A DNA stretch of 64,000 nucleotides from the human T2T-CHM13v2.0 reference genome, Homo sapiens. Positions 55,757-64,000 of this stretch are shown here, piece after piece. A program made the translations under genes and the position numbers. Each line of letters opens with the position of its first letter. The first letter of the stretch is position 1. The notes beneath the pieces were generated by a model, which was given only the letters and a program-made list of their open reading frames with translations, was not told the DNA's origin and did not search any database. The DNA lies in NCBI RefSeq assembly GCF_009914755.1, contig NC_060927.1. The stretch is one strand, 5' to 3'.

Positions 55757-56157
55757 TAAGCCACGGTGCCTGGCCAGATTCAGAATTTTTAATGTGATTT
55801 AGTCAATGGATATTTATAAAGTACTTCTCATATACTTAATAGAAGAATCCAGATAAAGTATAAGATAAGGTGCATATTTGTCAAGAACTTTAGAGAAGTC
55901 TTTATGGACAATATGGATATCTGATTAGGCTTTAATGATGGATTTAATTTATGCATGTGGAGGAAGAAAAAGAGGATGTCTCATGTGCTTTTGTTTTTTA
56001 TGATACTTTTCGCCTCTAACCACGTCTACTCCAGCGTCTTTGCTGTCATAACTTCCCCACTTTTTCTTTTTTTTTGGCATGCATTTGTTTTGGAACTTGG
56101 CTTTTTTAAATCTATTAGTATCAAAAATCATGTTTATAGAAATTATTCCCTGATTTA

Positions 56158-56335
56158 TATCTATGGCTCTCTGATTCTTCTCTTGAGTTCCAGAGCCGCG
56201 ATTCCCCATCACCTGTGGGTCCCCTGAGCACCTCACATATTTTAAATATCTCTGGCTCTCTGATTCTCTTGAGTTCCAGAGCCACGATTCCCCATCACCT
56301 GTGGGTCCCCCGAGTACCTCACATATTTTAAATAT
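56158..56335. repeat. ~89-bp tandem duplication
   Basis: ggctctctgattct...ccccatcacctgtgggtcccc...cctcacatattttaaa occurs twice, with several differences. Confidence 0.85.
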
Positions 56336-56521
56336 AATGTGGGGTTTTCATCTTTTCAGTCATGTAGACTGTACAGTTTCAAGTTGTTTGTTTCTCCGTC
56401 TCCCTTATCTGCACATTCAAGCAGTTGTCAATCCTTGTTCATTCTGCATCTGAAATGTTTATTGTAGTAGAGTATATAGAAAAATGCAATTTGATTAACA
56501 TAGTTTCTTGCCTTCTGATAG

Positions 56522-56634
56522 AATATAGAACAATATTTTCCAGTGTTAAAAAGGAAGGCAAACCTTCTGAGACAAAATGAAGGGCAGAGGAAACCAGTAG
56601 CAGTTCTCAAGAGACCTAGCCAGCTAAGCAGAAA
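56522..56634 (+). CDS. FYTTD1: UIF coding exon 4
   Basis: gatag|AATATAG...AGAAA|gtaagt, 113 nt: NIEQYFPVLKRKANLLRQNEGQRKPVAVLKRPSQLSR. Confidence 0.95.
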
Positions 56635-57884
56635 GTAAGTGCTCAAAAATAATAATGTGTTATTTTGCATTAAAAACACTTCCTGCATTAAGTGGTGTGA
56701 AGAATGGATTTGCAGTGATTTTTTTAGTTATCTGGTCATTTTCAAGACAGATATTTGGGATGTCTATCTGAACATCCACATGGATGTATCCAGTAATAGC
56801 TTGTTTATTAGATGAATTCTTACTGATGAAGTTAACCGATATAAGCTTTTTAAAAAGCATCACTCTGCTTCTTTACCTCTTTGACATATGGAATAAAATT
56901 GCAAAAGCTGATCACTTTAGTAGAACTCTCTTTTTTTTCTCCCTGTTTTTTGAGACAGGGCTTCTCGATCTGTTGCTGAGGCTGGAGTGCAGTGGCGCCA
57001 TCACTGCTCCCTGGAGCCTCGGCCTGCCCTGGGCTCAAGCGATCCTCCCACATCAGCCTCCTGAGTAGCTGGGACTGCAGATACATGCCACCATGCCCTG
57101 CTAATTTTTTTTTTTTTTTAATAGAGACAGGGTCTCACCATGTTGTCCAGGCTGGTCTCAATTCCTGGCCTCAAGTGATCCTCCCACCTCAGCCTCCTAA
57201 AGTGCTGGGATTACGGGCATGCGCCCCTGTGCCCAGCCCTGGTAGAACTCTTAACATCTTAGTGGGAATTATTCAAAATTGAGAATTCTGAAATCTCAAT
57301 TTGTTACTCAGTCTGGATGGCTCTTACTAGAACACTGAATCACAATGTATGTTATTTGTGGAAAAATCAAACTAGAAAGGGAGAATTCTTCATGAACACT
57401 TGTTAAACTGAAATTATTTTTATACTAAATTGAATAATAAAAACCAAAAATTATGGCCTGTGAGCTGGGTGCAGTGGCATGTGCCTGTGGTCCCAGCTAC
57501 TTACGAGGCTGAGGCAGGAGGATCACATGAGCCCAGGATTCAGGGCTAACCTGCTGGGCAACATAGTGAGACCCCCATCTCTGAAAAAGAAAGAAAAGAA
57601 AAATTATGATCTGTTGTTATGGCATTCTGTTCTCTGTAAGGACAAAGTAGATGAAGTTGATGAGGTGTGAAGTTTCCTTATTCAGTTTCAAGTATTATTT
57701 ATTTATCTTTCGTGGAAGATAAGTCAGCAAAAAAAACCTGGAATGAGGTTTTTAAAAAATGCAGTGGCTGGGCACAGTGGCTCATGCCTGTATTCCCAGC
57801 ACTTTGGGGGGCTAAAGCAGGCAGATCACCTGAGGTCAGGAGTTACGTGGCAAAACCCCATCTCTACTGAAAATGCAAAAATTA

Positions 57885-58480
<596 letters not shown>

Positions 58481-59793
58481 TCAAAAAAATAAAAATAAAA
58501 AAACAAAAAATGGAATGGCTGGAATTGCAGTTTTAACCATCATCTTTTGGGAATCACTTGATAATACCTTTTGTGAAAGGGGACCTTCTCAAATAAGAAC
58601 CCATCATTTACGTGAGACTTACATGTTAATTGGGTTAGCTAGGGCAGTTTTGAACTTGAATCTCTGAAAGATTGGAGGTAAGACTAGGGAATCTGTTAAA
58701 CACTCGTTTATATAGTGTTTCATATTTATCAATACATCAGTTGAAGACATGGAATGTTAGAGGATTGAATATTTCATAGATAAATATGAAATTTTAATTT
58801 TTCGTACTTCACTAACTTCCTATAGAAAACAAAAGAAATTAGGTGCCGCAAACCACCATGGCACATGTATAGCTACATAAGAAACTTGCACGTTCAGCAC
58901 GTGTCTCAGAACTTAAAATTAAAAAAAAGAATTGGTGACAGTCATAATTAAGAGCATTGTTCTGTGCATGAAAGAACAAGAAATAGAAGAGTATAAGTTT
59001 TTCTGTGGTTTGTATATTTTTTGAGATGAAGTCTGTGTCGCTGGGCTGGAGTGCAGTGGCGTGATCTCGGCCCACAGCAACCTCTGCTTCCCTGATTGAA
59101 GCAATTCTCATGCTTCAGCCTCCTGAGTAGCTGGGACTACAGGCGTGTGCCACCAAGGCTGGCTAATTTTTGTGTTTTTAGTAGAGACGGGGTTTTACCA
59201 TGTTACCCAGGCTGGTCTCAAACTCCTGACCTCAAGTGATCCACTCACCTCAGCCTCCCAAAGTGCTGGGATTACAGGTGTGAGCCATAATGCCTGGCCT
59301 CTATGGTTTATGTTAATACATAATGGTTTCTGAGTGAGGAAGGAAGAGAAAGCTGGAGGAGGAGATGTTATTTTTCAAACCTTTCTCTTTATTTTTGGTC
59401 TTCAGTTTATTTTACGTCTTCAGTTTGGCCTATGTGTGGTTTTTCTTTGTACTAATCCTATAAATTGTAAAGTTATGTTTTCACCAAATATAGGAAATAG
59501 CACTAAAAATGTGATTATTAATGTCTTCAGAAGATATATGGGATATTAGAGGATTGAATATTTGGAAGATAAAGTGGTTTGAAATTAACACGTGGTTATG
59601 TGCTATGCTTCGGAGGGAGGTATTTGTTAATCAAATCTCAGTAGCTTCATGTTAATAAGCAAATAATTCAGAGTTGTTTGTTTCTTGCACCTCATGTTTG
59701 CAGCCTATGAATTTAACTATTTTTGCTTATTTTTCCTCAAGATGTTTGAAAGTAGTTAAATGGCTTAGCATGGCCTATGTGTTTTTGTTGCAG

Positions 59794-59890
59794 AAATAAC
59801 ATTCCAGCTAATTTTACCAGGAGTGGAAATAAATTAAATCATCAGAAAGATACTCGTCAGGCAACTTTTCTTTTCAGAAGAGGCCTGAAG
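59794..59890 (+). CDS. FYTTD1: UIF coding exon 5
   Basis: tgcag|AAATAAC...CTGAAG|gtattt, 97 nt: (K)NNIPANFTRSGNKLNHQKDTRQATFLFRRGLK. Confidence 0.94.
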
Positions 59891-60170
59891 GTATTTAAAA
59901 ACTTTGGCAGTGTTTTTGTTTGTTTGTTTGTTTGTTTTTTCCCAAAGAGGATCCTGAGCAGCCACCTTTAGTAAGCCTCAGTCATAGGCAGCATTGGGTT
60001 CAGGATGTGAGGCACGTGGTAGTAGATTAGTTCTTCCTGTTGTATGTTTTTTATTTCCCATCTTTTCTTACCCTCAATAGCAATGTCTTATAAGAATTTA
60101 ACTCGTTATTTGGGAATAAACCTGTATTTGCCACTCGTTCTCATGTAGGAATTCCAACAGGGAACTGTTG

Positions 60171-60474
60171 CCAGAATAGCGTGGGCCCCTCCGCTGCACT
60201 CACGCACACACCCCACTGGGTTAGGAAGTTCTAGAATAGCACGGGCCCCTCCGCTGCACTCACGCACACGCCCCACTGGGTTAGGAAGTTCTAGAATAGC
60301 GCGGGCCCCTCCGCTGCACTCACGCACACGCCCCACTGGGTTAGGAATTTCTAGAATAGCGCGGGCCCCTCCGCTGCACTCACGCACACGCCCCACTGGG
60401 TTAGGAAGTTGTAGAATAGCGCAGGCACCTCCGCTGCACTCATGTACACGCACCACTGGGTTAGGAAGTTCCAG
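60171..60474. repeat. 60-bp minisatellite, 5 copies
   Basis: Unit ctagaatagcgcgggcccctccgctgcactcacgcacacgccccactgggttaggaagtt, in register with the 60-nt lines. Confidence 0.95.
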
Positions 60475-60543
60475 AGCAGGATCGCTCTTTGGATTCAAAT
60501 CCTCTGCTTTCTGTGGTACCTACTGCTTTTTTTTTCCCTTCAG

Positions 60544-60605
60544 GTGCAGGCCCAGTTGAATACAGAACAACTGCTAGACGATGTAGTAGCAAAGAGAACT
60601 CGTCA
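60544..60605 (+). CDS. FYTTD1: UIF coding exon 6
   Basis: ttcag|GTGCAG...CGTCA|gtaagt, 62 nt: VQAQLNTEQLLDDVVAKRTR. Confidence 0.94.
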
Positions 60606-60846
60606 GTAAGTTTCCATTTGTTTTTTAAGATGTTATTTCAAAACTCCCAGAATACTAACTACCCAAATTATCATGTACCTCAGTCCAGAAGAAATTAATT
60701 GAAACCCAAAATAAAATTCAGTCTGAAAGCTGGGCATAGTGGTGCTACACACCTGTAATCCCAGCTAGTTGGGAGACTGAAGCAAGAGAATTGATGGAGC
60801 CCAAGAGTTCAAGGCTGTGAAGTGCCATAATGTCACCTGTGTATCG

Positions 60847-61273
60847 CCACTGCACACCAGCCTGAGCAGCATAGCTCGATGCCACTGCACACCAGCCTGA
60901 GCAGCATAACTTGATTGCCACTGCACACCAGCCTGAGCAGCATAGCTCGATGACCAGTGCACACCATCCTGAGCAGCATAGCTCGATGACCAGTGCACAC
61001 CAGCCTGAGCAGCATAGCTCGATGACCAGTGCACACCATCCTGAGCAGCATAGCTCGATCGCCAGTGCATACCATCCTGAGCAGCATAGCTCGATCGCCA
61101 GTGCACACCAGCCTGAGCAGCATAGCTCGATCGCCAGTGCACACCAGCCTGAGCAGCATAGCTCGGTGGCCAGTGCACACCATCCTGAGCAGCATAGCTC
61201 GATCGCCAGTGCATACCATCCTGAGCAGCATAGCTCGATGGCCAGTGCACACCAGCCTGAGCAGCATAGCTCG
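60847..61273 (+). repeat. 36-bp minisatellite, 12 copies, inside a FAM/7SL-like Alu monomer (~60728-61300)
   Basis: Unit gccagtgcacaccagcctgagcagcatagctcgatc derives from the Alu/7SL 3' segment gccactgcactccagcctgggcaacatagc. Confidence 0.92.
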
Positions 61274-61769
61274 GGCTATGGAGACTGTCTCCAAAAAAAT
61301 TTTTAAACATTGAGGCTAAAATAAATAAATCTTGTTTTGTCCTTTGTTAATTTTCCCCAAAAACCTTTTGAGTTTTCATGTGTCGATATTGTAACAGTTT
61401 TAGTGCCACGTAGATTACTTCATTTTTATTATTTTTATTTTTTATTGGCTATACCATTTTAATGAAACAGCTTTTTCTTTTTCTTTTTTTTGCTATAACT
61501 GCTTTCATACAAATGAACCTATTTAGGGAATGAATAGAATAAAATTCAGTGGAGCTTTTAGAACATTTGTACAACTTTAAAAACAATAGTTTTCCTTTTC
61601 ACAGTCTTTTTTTCTTAGCCCTATAAAAAATCTTTTGAAAACCTATTTTATCCTGTTATAATCACACCTCCTAAGTGTGAGTTGTAACATACTAATTCCA
61701 TCAGTGTGATTAGGTTTTGAGATTAAACTATTTAAAATTATGACTACTTTTTGGAAAATAAAATATATA

Positions 61770-62043
61770 CACTTGGCCCTCTGTGTCTCAAGGGAATTGT
61801 TGCCAGGCCCATTGAAGAGATTAAAATCCTCAGATACTCAAGTCCCTTTCAGTCGGCCCTCCATATCCGCGGATTGTCTCTGTGTCTCAGGGGAATTGGT
61901 TCCAGGCCCACTGAAGAGATTAAAATCCTCAGATACTCAAGTCCCTTACAATCGGCCCTCCATATCCGTGGATTGTTTTCATTCTGCGGTTGCAACTGAT
62001 TGAATACATGGACGTAGAACCTGTGGATACAGAGAGCTGGCTG
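61770..62043. mobile_element. MER2/Tigger-type MITE with internal 99-bp tandem duplication (61779-61976)
   Basis: Inverted ends cacttggccctctgtgtc / gatacagagagctggctg flanked by TA; duplicated units start at 61779 and 61878. Confidence 0.7.
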
Positions 62044-63321
62044 TAAAACATGGTCAGGGCCCAGATATGGTGCCAACTGTGGTGCATGATTTTTAGCAAT
62101 TGGAGTGTTAGGAAACTGTGAAACTGATACAGGTGGTATTCTTTAGCACAGGGGTCATGACATTAGAAACCATGGGGAAAGAAATAATAATTGTAGCCTT
62201 TTTGCTTCTGCAGTGAACAATATTTACATAATTGTGATCATATAAATGTTATTTGTTTTGAACTTTGAGAATCAACCTGTTAGACAAAGCACAAAATAGT
62301 TAATTTGAGAACAATATAATGTAAATGTCCGATTTTGACTAATGTGAATATAAAGGAAGAGCTGACAGAAAGTGAGAGGTACAAACAAAGGAGCAGAGGT
62401 GGAGGGAAGGAATAGAGGCACTATTATCCTTTCACATAAAGCTGGGGGTGGGTTCAAGAGATTCTGCTGAAAGAAACAGAGATTTAAGTATTTTCAGTTA
62501 CAAAGGCCTGGAAATAGTGATACAGCCATCAAAATGTTTCATGGTGGGTAAGGAAACTGGAGGATAGTTTGACGAACTAAATCTTTATTCATCATAGCAA
62601 TTTTTTTTTTTTTTTTTTGAGATGGAGTCTCGCTCTGTTGCCCAGGCTGGAGCGCAGTGGCACAATCTCAGTTCACTGCAACCTCCCCCTCCCGGGTTCA
62701 AGCAGTTCTCTGCCTCAGCCTCCTGAGTAGCTGGGATTACAAATACCCACCACCACACCCCACGCCCAGCTTAAATTTTTTTTTTTTTTTTTTTTTTTTG
62801 GTAGAGATGGGGTTTCACTATCTTAGCCAGGCTGGTCTTGAACTCCTGACCTCATGATCCACCTGCCTCTGCCTCCCAAAGTGCTGGGATTACAGGTGTG
62901 AGCCAGTGCCCGGCTGCAGCAAGGTTTTTTTTTTACTATGTAAGCATCTTGTTTAGTGAATTGGAAGTAACCAGAAAGCAGTAAAAACAGGTTAAAAGTG
63001 CTGCCTCTGGAGAGTAGGAATAGAAAGCAGGAGAATAGTGGGGTGAGGGACTGTTGCTTTTTATTAGAAGTTCTTTTGTACTATTTGATTTTTTTAAATT
63101 TGTATACATTTATTACACTGAAAAATATTTAATAAATTAATTCAGATGCCCAGTTCCGCACCCAAGATGTTGATTTATTATATCATGGTGGGGTTCAGGT
63201 ACTTATTTCTTACAAGCTAAGAAAAAGTAATGGCTACTTTTAATGTTCATTTTTATTTTGAATATACATAGGGTTTATCAACTTACATTTAATGAATTTT
63301 TTTTATTTTTTTTGAAACTAG

Positions 63322-63396
63322 ATGGCGGACTTCCACCACAAATGGAGGGATTTTGACTGTATCTATTGACAATCCTGGAGCAGTGCAATGCCCAGT
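63322..63396 (+). CDS. FYTTD1: UIF coding exon 7 (gene continues past window)
   Basis: actag|ATGGCGG...CCAGT|gtaagt, 75 nt: (Q)WRTSTTNGGILTVSIDNPGAVQCP. All seven exons join in one open frame (731 nt). Confidence 0.94.
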
Positions 63397-64000
63397 GTAA
63401 GTTGTTTCTTTCTTTTTGCAAAAATTATAACCTCTCATTACATGAGATCATAAGAAAGTATTGGACTTCTGCTCAGAGAATGATGTCCAAGTTGGGATGA
63501 ACCAGGAAGACAGTAATACCTGTGATACAATATGGAAACAGTATATGGTGTAAAGTAAAGTAAGAGCTTTCTTGATTCCTGATTCTGCAGCCCTAAATGA
63601 CCACGTTGGAACAGTGTTTTTTATGTTTTAAAAATTATGTGCATGTATACTCTGTGTACCCTTTTTTTGGAGGCAAGGTCTGGCTCTGTTACCCAGGCTG
63701 GAGTGCAGTGCCATGATCATGGCTTATTGCAGTCTTGACCTCCCAAGCTCAAGCGATCCTCCTGCCTCAGCCTCCCGAGTCCTGAGGAGCTGCAGCGACA
63801 GTTGCCCACCACCATGTCTGGCTTTTTTGTTTGTTTGTGCCCAGACTGGTCTTGAACTCCTAGACTTAAGCAGTCCTCTTGCCTTGGCCTCCCAAAATGC
63901 TAAGGTTACAGGTGTGAGCCACTGCACCTGACCCAATATATATATTTTTGTGTACAATAATAAACGAGATGATGGTATACATGCTACTTCTCCTAATCCC

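Noticed and set aside
60728-60870. Possible 7SL RNA gene or pseudogene
   Set aside because: Lacks the S domain and is diverged; better explained as a fossil Alu monomer.
60106-61313. Repetitive-peptide ORFs (20-aa and 12-aa periods)
   Set aside because: They follow from repeat units that are multiples of 3 without stops; no promoter or splice support.

Overview
Human (hominoid) genomic DNA, recognisable as the 3q29 head-to-head gene pair RUBCN (Rubicon, minus strand) and FYTTD1 (UIF, UAP56-interacting mRNA export adaptor, plus strand). For RUBCN the window holds coding exons 1-2 plus a candidate upstream non-coding first exon. For FYTTD1 it holds coding exons 1-7 plus an alternative start exon. 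Both genes continue beyond the window edges. The rest is Alu-dense intron with old L1, MaLR, L2 and DNA-transposon remnants, one SVA, and many local tandem amplifications. Two observations stand out. (1) A 10 x 37-bp minisatellite 250 bp upstream of FYTTD1 exon 2, in which each unit is a module of Kozak-ATG, phase-compatible 5' splice donor and in-frame stop; any unit can act as an alternative start exon lacking the intact UAP56-binding motif, while units upstream of it become 10-codon uORFs. (2) A 5'-truncated SVA in RUBCN intron 1 with three successive poly(A) tails and two serial 3' transductions, one carrying an LTR14A-like fragment, all inside a single target-site duplication. No prokaryotic-type systems, RNA genes or CRISPR arrays are supported. 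Gene, isoform and repeat-family names come from my recall of the sequences, not from a database search.
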